From: an uncultured beta proteobacterium | GTDB lineage: Bacteria > Pseudomonadota > Gammaproteobacteria > Burkholderiales > SG8-39 | Length of the DNA stretch: 64,000 nt | Reading direction: 5' to 3' | Assembly (NCBI GenBank): GCA_963754305.1 | Contig: CAVWFR010000026.1 | Location: 42,606-106,605 of the forward strand | In this document: positions 46,780 to 56,882 of the stretch, piece by piece | Numbering within the stretch: the first letter of the stretch is position 1 | How the letters are laid out: the number at the start of each line of letters is the position of its first letter | The notes under the pieces: model-generated | The model's input: only the letters and a program-made list of their open reading frames with translations | Told to the model about the DNA's origin: nothing | Databases searched by the model: none | Made by a program: the position numbers and the translations under genes

Positions 46780-48234
46780 GATGATGTCGAACTGCTCCTG
46801 CGTATAGCTCGTCTCCACCTGCATCGACACCGGCTTGCCGATGAAGTCGCCGAGCATCGCCAGCGACTGCGACTCCTCCTCGAGGAAGAGATCGATCACG
46901 CTTTGCGCGGCGAGGATCCGGAACTCGCGCGGGTTGAACTGCCGCGCTTCGCGCAGGATCTCGCGCAGGATCTCGTAGCACGCCGTGCGCGCGGTCTTGA
47001 TCACGCCGCGCCCGCTGCAGGTCGGGCATGGCTCGCACAGCACGTGCTCGAGCGACTCGCGAGTGCGCTTGCGCGTCATCTCCACCAGCCCGAGCTGGGT
47101 GAAGCCGTTCAGCGTCATCTTCACGCGATCGCGGGCGAGCGCCTTCTGAAACTCGGCGAGCACGGCCCCGCGATGGTCCTCGTTCTGCATGTCGATGAAA
47201 TCGAGGACGATGATGCCGCCCAGGTTGCGCAGGCGCAGCTGCCGGGCGATCACCTGCGCCGCCTCGAGGTTGGTCTTGAAGATCGTGTCATCGAAGTTGC
47301 GCACGCCGACGAAGCCACCGGTGTTGACGTCGATCGTGGTCATCGCCTCGGTCTGGTCGACGATGAGATAACCGCCGGACTTGAGCTCGACGCGACGGGC
47401 GAGCGCCTTCTCGATCTCCTCCTCCACGTTGAAGAGATCGAAGAGCGGGCGCTCGCCGGCGTAGTGCTCGACCTTCGGCAGAACCTTGGGGACGTAGTCG
47501 CTCGCAAAGGCCTGCAGCCGCACGAAGTTTTCGCGCGAGTCGACCACGATCCGCCCGGTCTCCTCGTGGACGAAGTCGCGCAGCACGCGCTGGGCGAGCG
47601 ACAGATCCTGATGGAGCAGGGCGGGCGCGTGCGACGTCTGGGCGCGCTCGCCGATATAGCCCCACAGCCGGCGCAAGTATGCGAGGTCGTTCGCTAGATC
47701 GGCCTCGGAGGCCGACTCGGCGACGGTGCGGATGATGAAGCCGCCGCGCTCGTCGGTGCGGATGAGCTGCTGCAGCTTTTCGCGCAGCAGCTTCCGGCCG
47801 GTCTCGTCCTCGATCCGCTGCGAGATACCGATGTGCGAGTCCTGCGGCAAATAGACGAGCAGGCGCCCGGCGATCGAGATCTGGGTCGAGAGCCGCGCGC
47901 CCTTGCTGCCGATCGGGTCCTTGACCACCTGCACCATGAGCGGCTGTCCCTCGGCGAGGATCCGCTCGATCGGGCGCGGCGGCGCGGCCGGCTCGCCGTT
48001 CTGGCGCTCCTCCCAGATGTCGGCGACATGAAGAAATGCGGCGCGCTCGAGTCCGATCTCGATGAACGCGGATTGCATGCCGGGGAGCACCCGCACCACG
48101 CGTCCGGTATAGATGTTGCCGACGAGTCCGCGGCTCGCCGCGCGTTCGACGTGCAGCTCCTGCACGACGCCGTTCGCCATGACCGCGACACGCGTCTCCT
48201 GCGGCGTGACGTTGATGAGAATCTCCTCGGCCAT
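46771..48234 (-). CDS. rng: ribonuclease G (Rne/Rng family)
   Basis: 487-aa ORF. S1 domain MAEEILINVTPQETRVAVMANGVVQELHVER..GNIYTGRVVRVLPGMQSAFIEIG.., ..TTIDVNTGGFVG.., ..GGIIVLDFIDM.. . Confidence 0.9.
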   Translation of the reverse strand: MAEEILINVTPQETRVAVMANGVVQELHVERAASRGLVGNIYTGRVVRVLPGMQSAFIEIGLERAAFLHVADIWEERQNGEPAAPPRPIERILAEGQPLMVQVVKDPIGSKGARLSTQISIAGRLLVYLPQDSHIGISQRIEDETGRKLLREKLQQLIRTDERGGFIIRTVAESASEADLANDLAYLRRLWGYIGERAQTSHAPALLHQDLSLAQRVLRDFVHEETGRIVVDSRENFVRLQAFASDYVPKVLPKVEHYAGERPLFDLFNVEEEIEKALARRVELKSGGYLIVDQTEAMTTIDVNTGGFVGVRNFDDTIFKTNLEAAQVIARQLRLRNLGGIIVLDFIDMQNEDHRGAVLAEFQKALARDRVKMTLNGFTQLGLVEMTRKRTRESLEHVLCEPCPTCSGRGVIKTARTACYEILREILREARQFNPREFRILAAQSVIDLFLEEESQSLAMLGDFIGKPVSMQVETSYTQEQFDIILM

Positions 48235-48279
48235 GGCGGCCGAAGCTTACCGCGGATGGATGCGGGTATCAGGGCTCGC

Positions 48280-48951
48280 TCAAGCGAAGCGCGCCTGGTA
48301 TCTGCGCAGCAGGCTCGCCGTCTCGTAGAGCGGCAGCCCCATGACGCCGGTGTAGCTGCCGAGGATCTCCGGAATGAACGTCGCGGCGCGGCCCTGGATC
48401 GCGTACCCGCCGGCCTTGTCGAACGGCTCGCCGGTGGCGACGTACTCCTCGATCTCGCTCTCGGTCAGCTCGCGGAACCGCACGACGTTTTCGTTGACGA
48501 TGATGTCGAGCACCGTTTCGTGCTTGAGCACGACCGCGGTGAGCACCCGGTGCTCGCGCCCGGAAAGCTCCGTCAGCATGGCGATCGCGACCGCGCGGTC
48601 GCCGGGTTTGCCGAAGATCCGGTCGCGCAGGCACACGACGGTATCGGCCGCTAGCACCGGGAATCGCGGCAGGCTGCGTTGCGTGACTCTCAGCCAACCG
48701 GCCTCTGCCTTTTCGCTCGCGACGCGCTGGACGTAGGCCTCGGGCGGCTCCTGCTCGTGCGGCGCCTCGTCCATGTCTTTGCCGCGCAACCCATGCTCGC
48801 GGAAGAGGAGCACCTCGAACGGGCACCCGATCTGCTTCAAGAGCTCCCGGCGGCGCGAGCTGCGCGAGGCGAGGTAGATGCGCGGGAGGCTCGAGGGCAC
48901 GAGGGCTCGATGTCGAGGCGCTGCGGCGAGTGCGGATCCGTTCGGCGTCAT
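48280..48951 (-). CDS. maf: Maf-family nucleoside triphosphate pyrophosphatase
   Basis: 223-aa ORF: ..IYLASRSSRRRELLKQIG.., ..VLAADTVV.., ..DKAGGYAIQG.. . The start could instead be the in-frame GTG at 48900, which would give a more typical N-terminal length. Confidence 0.85.
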   Translation of the reverse strand: MTPNGSALAAAPRHRALVPSSLPRIYLASRSSRRRELLKQIGCPFEVLLFREHGLRGKDMDEAPHEQEPPEAYVQRVASEKAEAGWLRVTQRSLPRFPVLAADTVVCLRDRIFGKPGDRAVAIAMLTELSGREHRVLTAVVLKHETVLDIIVNENVVRFRELTESEIEEYVATGEPFDKAGGYAIQGRAATFIPEILGSYTGVMGLPLYETASLLRRYQARFA

Positions 48952-48999
48952 TTCGGGGTCATTCCGGGGTGGTCATTCCGGGGTGGTCATTCCCTGTGG
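48947..48999 (-). repeat. 14-nt tandem repeat (2 perfect plus 2 degenerate units) filling the rlmH-maf spacer
   Basis: GTCATTTCGGG / GTCATTCCGGGGTG / GTCATTCCGGGGTG / GTCATTCCCTGTGG. Each unit carries ATGA on the minus strand. The first 10 nt, GTCATTCCGG, equal the REP half-site. Confidence 0.8.
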
Positions 49000-49457
49000 T
49001 AGGGGTGATTATCGAGGATGGAGAGGGCGCGATAAAGCTGCTCCGCTAACACGATGCGAACCAGTGCATGCGGAAGCGTCAGACTGGAGAGCCTGAGCTG
49101 GAGGTCGGCCGAGCGCTTGAGGGCCGGATCGAGCCCGTCGGGGCCGCCGACCAGGAATGCCGCGTCGCGTCCCTCGCCGAGCCAGCCCGCAACCAGCCCG
49201 GCGAGCCCGGCGGTAGTCACCTCTCGGCCGTGCTCGTCGAGGGCGATGCGGCGGCAGCCCTTCGGCAGGGCGGCCGCGATACGCTTTGCCTCACTGGCGA
49301 GCGCCTGCGCGGCGGTCCGGGTCGTGCCGCGGCGCTCCGGCCGGATCGCGGCGAGCTCGATGCGGGCCTTGCGAGGGAATCGCCGGGCGTACTCCTCGAA
49401 CCCTTCGTCGACCCAGCGGGGCATCCGCTCCCCCACTGCGACGACGAGGAGCCGCAT
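48987..49457 (-). CDS. rlmH: 23S rRNA (pseudouridine1915-N3)-methyltransferase RlmH
   Basis: ATG at 49457 inside ORF 48987..49940. About 156 aa: MRLLVVAVGERMPRWVDEGFEEYARRF...LLVGGPDGLDPAL...LSSLTLPHALVRIVLAEQLYRALSILDNHPYHRE, the SPOUT RlmH signature. Confidence 0.9.
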   Translation of the reverse strand: MRLLVVAVGERMPRWVDEGFEEYARRFPRKARIELAAIRPERRGTTRTAAQALASEAKRIAAALPKGCRRIALDEHGREVTTAGLAGLVAGWLGEGRDAAFLVGGPDGLDPALKRSADLQLRLSSLTLPHALVRIVLAEQLYRALSILDNHPYHRE

Positions 49458-49471
49458 CCCGCCGTCCGCTC

Positions 49472-49852
49472 TCAGGCCGAGGCCCGCTCCGACGGCTTGG
49501 GCTTCGGCCGCGGGCGCTTCGGCCGCGGGGGCGGCTCGCCCCAGAGCTCCTCGAGGTTGTAATACTCGCGGATCGCCGGCTGCATGATGTGGACGACGAT
49601 GTCGCCGAGATCGATGAGGACCCACTCGCCGGTGCCCTCGCCCTCGGTGCCGTAGACCTTCTCGCCGAGCGACTTCCAACGCTCGTGGACGCGGTTCGCG
49701 AGCGCCTTGGTCTGGCGCGCCGACTCGGCGGTGGCGATGATCACGCGGTCGAACAGGCTGGAGAGATGAGTGACGTCGAATGCAACGATGTCGCGCGCCT
49801 TGACGTCCTCGAGCGCCGCGATCACCGCCTTCTGCTTCTTGCGGATGTCCAT
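49472..49852 (-). CDS. rsfS: ribosome silencing factor RsfS
   Basis: 126-aa ORF: ..ALEDVKARDIVAFDVTHLSSLFDRVIIATAESARQTKALA.., ..WVLIDLGDIVVHIMQPAIREYYNLEELW.. . Confidence 0.9.
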   Translation of the reverse strand: MDIRKKQKAVIAALEDVKARDIVAFDVTHLSSLFDRVIIATAESARQTKALANRVHERWKSLGEKVYGTEGEGTGEWVLIDLGDIVVHIMQPAIREYYNLEELWGEPPPRPKRPRPKPKPSERASA

Positions 49853-50520
49853 CAGGGAGCTTTTGCTTCCTCCGGGTAGAGTCGATGCGTCCGAATATAG
49901 GCGAGAACTTCCGGCGGGAGCAAGTAACGCGCGCTCTCACCGCGTGACAGCCGCCGACGGATGTCGGAGGCGGAGATGCCGAGGAGCGTCATCGGGAACG
50001 CGGCCATCCGGCCGGCGGGCGCAGCGCCCAACGTCTCGGCGCCAACGACGCGCCGGCGCCACTCGCTCGCCACCGCCGCGGGTAGCGCGTCGGGCGCGAC
50101 CGCATAGCCCGGCCGCTCGCCGACCGCGAAGTGCGCGTGGTCGAGGAGCTCGCGCCACGCGCGCCAAGTGTCGAGCTTGTGGAGCTGGTCCGCGCCGATG
50201 ATCAGCACGAGCGGCGCCTCGCTCCCGAGCTCCGCACGCAAGCGGCGCAGCGTGTCGATCGTGAACTGCGGCGCCGCGGCTGTCGCTTCCGCGTCGTCGA
50301 CGGTGAAGCGCGGGTTGCCGCGAACGGCGAGCTTCACCATCTCGAGGCGATGGGCGGCGCTCGTGCCCGGCGCGGCGCGATGGCCGGGGTGGCCCGACGG
50401 GATCCAGCGGACGCGCTCGAGCGCCAGATGCCCCGCCGCCTCTTCGGCGAGACGGAGGTGCGCGAGGTGCACCGGGTCGAAGGTGCCGCCCATGAGGCCG
50501 AGCGGAGCAGGCGCGGTCAC
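49852..50520 (-). CDS. nadD: nicotinate-nucleotide adenylyltransferase
   Basis: 222-aa ORF: ..LGLMGGTFDPVHLAHLRLAEEA.. (the (H/T)xGH-type motif), ..ISASDIRRRL.. (ISSTxxR-like). Confidence 0.9.
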   Translation of the reverse strand: MTAPAPLGLMGGTFDPVHLAHLRLAEEAAGHLALERVRWIPSGHPGHRAAPGTSAAHRLEMVKLAVRGNPRFTVDDAEATAAAPQFTIDTLRRLRAELGSEAPLVLIIGADQLHKLDTWRAWRELLDHAHFAVGERPGYAVAPDALPAAVASEWRRRVVGAETLGAAPAGRMAAFPMTLLGISASDIRRRLSRGESARYLLPPEVLAYIRTHRLYPEEAKAP

Positions 50521-50535
50521 GCGAAGATCCGGCGC

Positions 50536-51162
50536 TCAGGGCTGGCGCGTGGCGGCAACCGGGAGGTATCGCAGGCGCTTCATCTCGTCGGACTCGAAGA
50601 GCTGCGGGTCGTCGAGATACCCGAGCAGCATCGCGGTCGCGTCGAGGCCCCAGAACAGGTGCTCGTCGACGACGAACGTCGGCACACCGAATACGCCGGC
50701 GCGGATCGCCTCGTCGGTGTTGTGCTTGAGCTCGGTTTTCACCCCGGCGCTCGCGGCGAGCACTTCCGCCCCTGGGACGCCGATCGTGTCGCAGAGCGCC
50801 TGCCACTCGTCGTTCGGCGAGCGGCCCTGGGCCCAGATGAAATCGAAGATCGCCTTGACGGTGTCGTAGGTGCCGCAGAAGGCGATCGCGAGCCGCAGCG
50901 CGTGCAGCGAGTTGAACGGATGCCCCGGCGGGTACTTCATCGGTAGCCCGAGCTTGTCCGCCTGCCACTGCGTGTGGCGGTAGGTGTGGACACGCTTTGG
51001 CTCGATCTCGGCTGGGCCCTTGTGCTCGAAATGCTTCAGCAGGCCGGCGAAGAGCACCGGCTTGAGGTCTACGTCGGAGCGCCGGAAGAGACCGGGATGG
51101 CCGGTGAACTGGAGATACGCGAAGGGCGAGACGAAGTCGAAGTACCAGACGAGTCGCGCCAT
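50536..51162 (-). CDS. 2-hydroxychromene-2-carboxylate isomerase / DsbA-like thioredoxin-fold protein
   Basis: 208-aa ORF: MARLVWYFDFVSPFAYLQ.., ..GVFGVPTFVVDEHLFWGLD.. are typical of the HCCA isomerase family. Confidence 0.75.
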   Translation of the reverse strand: MARLVWYFDFVSPFAYLQFTGHPGLFRRSDVDLKPVLFAGLLKHFEHKGPAEIEPKRVHTYRHTQWQADKLGLPMKYPPGHPFNSLHALRLAIAFCGTYDTVKAIFDFIWAQGRSPNDEWQALCDTIGVPGAEVLAASAGVKTELKHNTDEAIRAGVFGVPTFVVDEHLFWGLDATAMLLGYLDDPQLFESDEMKRLRYLPVAATRQP

Positions 51163-51167
51163 CCGCG

Positions 51168-52424
51168 CTAGCTCCTCACCTGCCCGCTGCCGAGCACGAC
51201 GAACTTCTGCGACGTGAGGCCCTCCAGCCCCACCGGGCCGCGGGCGTGCAGCTTGTCGGTCGAGATGCCGACCTCGGCGCCGAGGCCGTACTCGAAGCCG
51301 TCGGCGAAGCGCGTCGAGGCGTTCACCAGCACCGAGCTCGAGTCCACCTCGCGCAGGAACCGCCGCGCGCGCGCGTCATCCTCGGTGACGATGGCGTCGG
51401 TGTGTTGCGAGCCGTAACGCGCAATGTGGTCCATCGCCTGGTCGATGTCCTTCACCACCCGCACGTTCAGGATCGGCGCGAGGTACTCGGTGTGCCAGTC
51501 CGCCTCGGTCGCCGGTTTCGTCTGCGGCACCAGCGCACGCGTGGCCTCGTCGCCACGGAGCTCGACGCCCTTGCCGAGGTAGATCTGCGCCAGCTCGGGC
51601 AGCACCTTCGGCGCGATCGCCTCGTGCACGAGCAGCGTCTCCATCGTGTTGCAGGTCCCGTAGCGCTGGGTCTTCGCGTTGTCGGCGATGCGGACCGCCT
51701 TCGCGGCATCGGCGCGGTCGTCGATGTAGACGTGGCAGACCCCGTCGAGGTGCTTGATCATCGGGATGCGCGAGTCGGCCATGATGCGCTCGACCAGGGA
51801 TTTCCCGCCCCGCGGCACGATGATGTCGACGTACTCGTTCATGCGCAGCAGCTCACCCACCGCCGCCCGGTCGGTCGTCTCGACGACCTGCACCGCGTCC
51901 TCGGGCAGGTCCGCTGCGCGCAGTCCCATGCGCACGCATGCGGCGATCGCCCGGTTCGAGTGCCCCGATTCCGAGCCGCCGCGCAGGATGCAGGCATTGC
52001 CCGACTTCAGGCAGAGCGCCGCGGCATCGGCGGTCACGTTCGGGCGCGACTCGTAGATGATGCCGATGACGCCGAGCGGCACGCGCATCCGGCCGACCCG
52101 GATGCCGGAGGGCTGCTCGCGAAACTCGCCGGTCTCGCCGACCGGATCGGGCAGCGCGGCGACCTCGTCCACGCCCCGCGCCATCGCCTCGACCGAAGAG
52201 TCGGTGAGGGTCAGCCGGTCGACGAACGCCGCGTCCTTGCCCGCGGTCCTGGCGCCCGCGACGTCCGTTGCATTGGCGGCGAGGATCGAAGCGCGGTCCC
52301 GGCGGATCGCGGCGGCAATGGCGGCGAGCGCCCGATTCTTGATCGCGGTGTCGGCCCGCGCCAATACGCGGGACGCCGCGCGCGCGCGGCGTCCGAGCCC
52401 TGCCATGTAGCCCTTAACGTCCAT
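51168..52424 (-). CDS. proA: glutamate-5-semialdehyde dehydrogenase (gamma-glutamyl phosphate reductase)
   Basis: ATG at 52424 inside ORF 51168..52961. About 418 aa: ..[33 protein letters not shown].., ..[10 protein letters not shown].., ..[10 protein letters not shown].., ..[22 protein letters not shown].. . Confidence 0.92.
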   Translation of the reverse strand: MDVKGYMAGLGRRARAASRVLARADTAIKNRALAAIAAAIRRDRASILAANATDVAGARTAGKDAAFVDRLTLTDSSVEAMARGVDEVAALPDPVGETGEFREQPSGIRVGRMRVPLGVIGIIYESRPNVTADAAALCLKSGNACILRGGSESGHSNRAIAACVRMGLRAADLPEDAVQVVETTDRAAVGELLRMNEYVDIIVPRGGKSLVERIMADSRIPMIKHLDGVCHVYIDDRADAAKAVRIADNAKTQRYGTCNTMETLLVHEAIAPKVLPELAQIYLGKGVELRGDEATRALVPQTKPATEADWHTEYLAPILNVRVVKDIDQAMDHIARYGSQHTDAIVTEDDARARRFLREVDSSSVLVNASTRFADGFEYGLGAEVGISTDKLHARGPVGLEGLTSQKFVVLGSGQVRS

Positions 52425-52649
52425 GCCGGTGAGTTTAGAACAAAGCGCCGGCGCGGCACCGACCGCCACGGCGTCGCTGCACAGCAGCGAAGCGCTTGCG
52501 TTGACGGGTGGATGTCCCCCACGCATACTCGGCGTGCCGCCGTAGGACGCTGCAGGGACGACGCTTCCGCCGTTACCACCAGCGCGAAAGCGGGGGTTCG
52601 CGCCGCGCACGGCCGAGGGCGGCTCCACAAGACAAAAGGAGGAGGTTCC

Positions 52650-53956
52650 ATGAAGCGCAGATCGTTTCTGAAGGTGGCTGGTGCCGGGGTCGCGGCGGCC
52701 GGCATCGAGGGCATCCTGACCGCGCACCGCGCGCCCGCTTTCGCGCAGGGCACGACGCTCCACATCCTGCGGTGGAACGACTTCGTTCCGGCGGCCGACG
52801 AGATCTGGCGCAAGGAGTACGTACCGGTGGCGGCGAAATCGCTTGGCATCAAGCTCAACGTCGAGACGATCAACGCGAACGACATCCCCGCCCGCGCCAC
52901 CGCCGCGATCCAGTCGGGCAACGGCCCCGACATCATCATGCTGCTCAACAACTACCCCCACCTGTACGCGGATCCGGGGTCGACGTGAGCGACATCGCCG
53001 AGGAGGTCGGCAAGGCGCAGGGCGGGATTTACCCGCTCCCGCAGGCGCTGTGCAAGGTGGGCTCGCGCTGGGCGGCGATGCCCTGGTCCACGGTGCCGGC
53101 GCTCGTCGCCTACCGCAAGTCCTGGTTCGACGAGATCGGCGCGAAGAGTTTCCCGACCACCTGGGACCAGTACCGCGAGGTCGGCAAGAAGCTCAAGGCC
53201 GCCAAGCGCCCGATCGGCCAGACGCTCGGCCACACCTTCGGCGATGCGCCGACGTTCACCTATCCCTTCATGTGGTCGTACGGCGGGCAGGAGATCGACA
53301 AGGCCGGCAAGGTGGTGCTCGAATCGAAGCAGACGATCGAGTCGGTGAACTTCATGGCCGCGTTCTGGAAGGACGCGCACGACGAGGGCGGCCTCGCCTG
53401 GGACGACACCAACAACAACCGCGCGTTCCTCTCCGGCGAGATCTGCGCCTCGCTCAACGGTGCGTCGATCTACATCGCCGCGCTGCGGGGCAAGGACAAG
53501 TTCAAGACCGAGAAGGGCGCGCCGCTGCACACCGACATCCTGCACGCGCCGCTGCCCAAGGGCCCCGCGGGCGATGCCCCGTACCACACCGCGTTCACGC
53601 ACATGGTGATGAAGTACTCCAAGAACCAGAAGGCCGCCAAGGACTTCCTGCGCTGGGCCCACACCAAGGATACCTACGAGAAGTGGTTCATCGTGCAGAA
53701 GGGCTTCGCGATCGCGCCGACGCGCGACTGGGAGAAGCACCCGATGTGGAAGGAGGACCCGGTGATGCTGCCCTTCAGCAAGGCCTCGCTGACGGGTCGC
53801 GCCATGGGCTATGCCGGCGAGCCGAACAAGAAGGCGGCCGAGGTGTGGAACAAGTACATCATCACCGACATGTACGCCCAGGTCGCAAGCGGCAAGATGA
53901 AGGCCGAGGACTCGGTCAAGTGGGCCGCGGGCGAGCTGCGCAAGGTCTACGGCTGA
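52650..53956 (+). pseudogene. ABC sugar (CUT1-type) transporter substrate-binding protein with Tat signal, one frameshift at the G-run 52976-52979 (possibly a sequencing error)
   Basis: ATG at 52650 (AGGAGGAGG upstream): [45 protein letters not shown]...[11 protein letters not shown], then a stop at 52986. The neighbouring frame (ORF 52508..53956) continues [21 protein letters not shown]...[11 protein letters not shown]. The span is 3n+2. Confidence 0.8.
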
Positions 53957-53966
53957 TCGTCGGGCG

Positions 53967-54927
53967 TTGAGGGGTCCGGTGGTGGCGGGATCCGGGGGCG
54001 CCGCGGGCGCGGCGCTCCCCGCCGATCGCATCGTCGTTTCGCGCTGGACGCGGCTGCTCGAGAATCAGCGCGTCCTCGCCGTGGCGCTGCTCGCGCCCGG
54101 CGTGATCATCCTCACCATCTTCATCGCCTATCCGTTCGTGATGGCGATCTGGTTCGCGCTGACCGACATCAGCGTCGGCGTGGCGGGCAAGTTCGTCGGG
54201 GTCGAGAATTTCAGCCAAGGCCTGGGAGGACACGATCTTCCAGACCGCGTTCAAGAACACGTTCTTCTACACGTTCTGGGCGACTGTCTTCAAGCTGTCG
54301 CTCGGGATGTGGCTCGCGCTGCTCCTCAACCGCCACTTCCGGGGCAAGCGGTTGATCCGCGCTTCGATGCTGCTGCCGTTCATCATCCCGACGGTGCTCT
54401 CGACGTTCGCCTGGCGCTGGATGTTCGACCCGACCTTCAGCGTGATCAACTGGTCGCTCTACCACCTTGGCTGGATCACCGACCGGATCCCGTTCCTGTC
54501 GAACGGCGACTACGCGATGTGGTGCGCGATCCTCGTCAACACCTGGCGCGGGATGCCGTTCTTCGCCATCACGCTGCTCGCCGGGCTGCAGACGATCAAC
54601 CCCGATCTGCACGAGGCGGCGGCGCTCGACGGCGCCAACGCCTGGCACCGCTTCTGGCACGTCACCTGGCCGCTGCTGCTGCCGGTGACGCTCGTCGTCG
54701 TCGTGTTCTCGGTGATCCAGACGTTCTCCGATTTCCAGCTGATCTACGTGCTCACCGGCGGCGGTCCGGCGAACGAGACGCACCTCGTCGCCACTTACGC
54801 CTACCAGATCGGCGTGGCCTCGGGGCTGCTCGGCCAGGGCGCGGCGATCTCGCTCTTCATGTTCCCGGTGCTGTTCGCGGTGGTGTGGGTGCAGCTGCGC
54901 TACCTGAAGCGCATGGAAGGCGCGTAG
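53967..54927 (+). pseudogene. ABC sugar transporter permease (MalF/UgpA-like), one frameshift near 54216-54222 (possibly a sequencing error)
   Basis: The N-terminal part lies in the frame of ORF 53967..56879: ..[55 protein letters not shown]. The rest lies in the frame of ORF 54307..54927: ([29 protein letters not shown])[11 protein letters not shown]...[22 protein letters not shown].. with the EAA loop. The exact start (TTG 53967 or GTG 53979/53982) is uncertain. The span is 3n+1. Confidence 0.75.
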
Positions 54928-54930
54928 GCC

Positions 54931-55782
54931 ATGGTCATCGAGCGGCGCTGGAAGAAGTGGCTGTACTTCTACATTCCGCTGTCGGTGTTCATCCTCTTCA
55001 CGCTGTTTCCGTTCTACTGGATGGCGGTGACCGCGTTCCGCCCGGACCCGGAGCTCTACCGCTCCTGGCGCGCCGCGAACGCGACCCCGTTCTGGACGCT
55101 CGAGCCGAGCCTGGAGCACTTCAAGGGCCTGCTCGAGAGCACCGAGTTCCTGCAGTGGCTGTGGAACACGATGCTGATCGCCACGGTCTCGACGATCATC
55201 TCGCTCATCTGCGGGATGTTCGCCGGCTACGCGCTCGCGCGGCTCCGGTTCAGGGGCTCGGAGTTCCTCGGCACGGCGATCTTCATCACCTACCTCGTGC
55301 CGCAGACGCTGCTCTTCATCCCGCTCGCCGACATTGTCCGCAACATGCACCTCGGCAACACGCCGTGGGCGCTGATGCTGACCTACCCGACGTTCCTGAT
55401 CCCGTTCTGTACCTGGCTCCTGATGGGGTACTTCAAGACCATCCCGAAGGAACTGGAGGAGTGCGCGCGCATCGACGGCGCGACGCGCTTCGGCGCGATG
55501 GTGCGGATCATCTTCCCGGTGGCGGTGCCCGGGATCCTGTCGGCCGGCATTTTCGCCTTCACGCTGTCGTGGAACGAGTTCATCTACGCGCTCGTCTTCC
55601 TCTCGTCGGTCGACGAGAAGACGGTGCCGGTCGGGGTGGTGTCCGAGCTGATCCGCGGCGATATCTTCTTCTGGGGCCAGCTCATGGCCGGCGCGCTGCT
55701 CGGTTCGGTGCCGGTGGCGCTCGCCTACTCGTTCTTCGTCGAGTACTACGTCGCCGGCCTGACCGGCTCGGTAAAGGGCTAG
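54931..55782 (+). CDS. ABC sugar transporter permease (MalG/UgpE-like)
   Basis: 283-aa ORF with six hydrophobic spans and the EAA motif ..[26 protein letters not shown].. . Confidence 0.9.
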   Translation: MVIERRWKKWLYFYIPLSVFILFTLFPFYWMAVTAFRPDPELYRSWRAANATPFWTLEPSLEHFKGLLESTEFLQWLWNTMLIATVSTIISLICGMFAGYALARLRFRGSEFLGTAIFITYLVPQTLLFIPLADIVRNMHLGNTPWALMLTYPTFLIPFCTWLLMGYFKTIPKELEECARIDGATRFGAMVRIIFPVAVPGILSAGIFAFTLSWNEFIYALVFLSSVDEKTVPVGVVSELIRGDIFFWGQLMAGALLGSVPVALAYSFFVEYYVAGLTGSVKG

Positions 55783-55784
55783 CG

Positions 55785-56879
55785 ATGGCCGAGGTCGTCC
55801 TCACCGGCATCAACAAGTGGTACGACGGCAACGTCCACGCCGTGAAGGACGTCAACCTGCACGCACGGGACAAGGAGTTCATGGTCTTCGTCGGCCCGTC
55901 GGGTTGCGGCAAGACCACGACCTTGCGCATGATCGCCGGGCTGGAGGAGATCAGCTCCGGCGAGATCCGGATCGGCGATCGGGTGGTGAACGACCTGCCG
56001 CCGATGGACCGCGACATCGCGATGGTGTTCCAGAACTACGCGCTGTACCCGCACAAGTCGGTGTACGCCAACATGTCGTTCGGGCTCCAGATGCGGAAGT
56101 TCCCGAAGGACGAGATCGAGAAGCGCGTCCAGGCGGCGGCCGAGATCCTCGGCATCCAGCCGCTGCTCGCGCGCAAGCCGCGCCAGCTCTCCGGCGGGCA
56201 GCGACAGCGGGTAGCGCTCGGCCGCGCGATCGTCCGGCACCCGCAGCTCTTCCTGTTCGACGAGCCGCTATCCAACCTGGACGCCAAGCTCCGGGTGCAG
56301 ATGCGCGTCGAGCTGAAGCGGCTGCACGAGCGACTGGAGACCACGGCGATCTACGTGACCCACGACCAGGTCGAGGCGATGACCCTCGGCGACCGCGTGG
56401 TGGTGATGAAGGACGGCGTCGTGCAGCAGGTCGGCGAGCCGATGGCTCTGTACGGCAAGCCCGCCAACAAGTTCGTGGCCGGGTTCATCGGCTCCCCGGC
56501 GATGAATTTCGCCGAGGTCACGATCGCGGAGTCCGGCGGCGGGCTGTGGGCCGAAGCCGCCGGCATCCGGATCAAGGTTCCGCAAGCGAGCACCGCGGCC
56601 CTGCGGCCGCACACCGGCAAGCGCGCCACGCTCGGCGTGCGTCCCGAAGCGCTGCGGCTCGCCAACGGGTCGGATCCGGCCGAGTACATCTTCGACGCGA
56701 CGGTGGATGTCGTCGAGCCGCTCGGCTCGGAGATCCTGCTGAACATCACCGCCGGGGCGCACGCGCTCGTGGCGAGAGTCGAGCCGAGCGTCACCGTGAA
56801 GATGCACGAGAAGGTGCGCCTCGCGTTCGATCCGGCGAAGCTGCACTTCTTCGATCAAGCCAGCGAAGCGGCGATCTAG
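55785..56879 (+). CDS. ABC sugar transporter ATP-binding protein (MalK/UgpC-like)
   Basis: ATG at 55785 in the frame of ORF 53967..56879. Walker [11 protein letters not shown]-loop, signature [14 protein letters not shown], Walker [13 protein letters not shown], and a C-terminal TOBE-like regulatory domain. Confidence 0.92.
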   Translation: MAEVVLTGINKWYDGNVHAVKDVNLHARDKEFMVFVGPSGCGKTTTLRMIAGLEEISSGEIRIGDRVVNDLPPMDRDIAMVFQNYALYPHKSVYANMSFGLQMRKFPKDEIEKRVQAAAEILGIQPLLARKPRQLSGGQRQRVALGRAIVRHPQLFLFDEPLSNLDAKLRVQMRVELKRLHERLETTAIYVTHDQVEAMTLGDRVVVMKDGVVQQVGEPMALYGKPANKFVAGFIGSPAMNFAEVTIAESGGGLWAEAAGIRIKVPQASTAALRPHTGKRATLGVRPEALRLANGSDPAEYIFDATVDVVEPLGSEILLNITAGAHALVARVEPSVTVKMHEKVRLAFDPAKLHFFDQASEAAI

Positions 56880-56882
56880 CAC

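Noticed and set aside
46744-48999. Whether the short tandem repeats (46744-46779, 48947-48999) could be a CRISPR array
   Set aside because: The units are 12-14 nt and directly abutting with no spacers. There are only 3-4 copies, and no cas genes are in the window.
53967-56879. 970-aa ORF suggesting one giant ABC protein
   Set aside because: One frame happens to stay open. Only its first ~85 codons (permease N-terminus) and its last 364 codons (ATPase) are real. The middle is a wrong-frame reading of the two permease genes.
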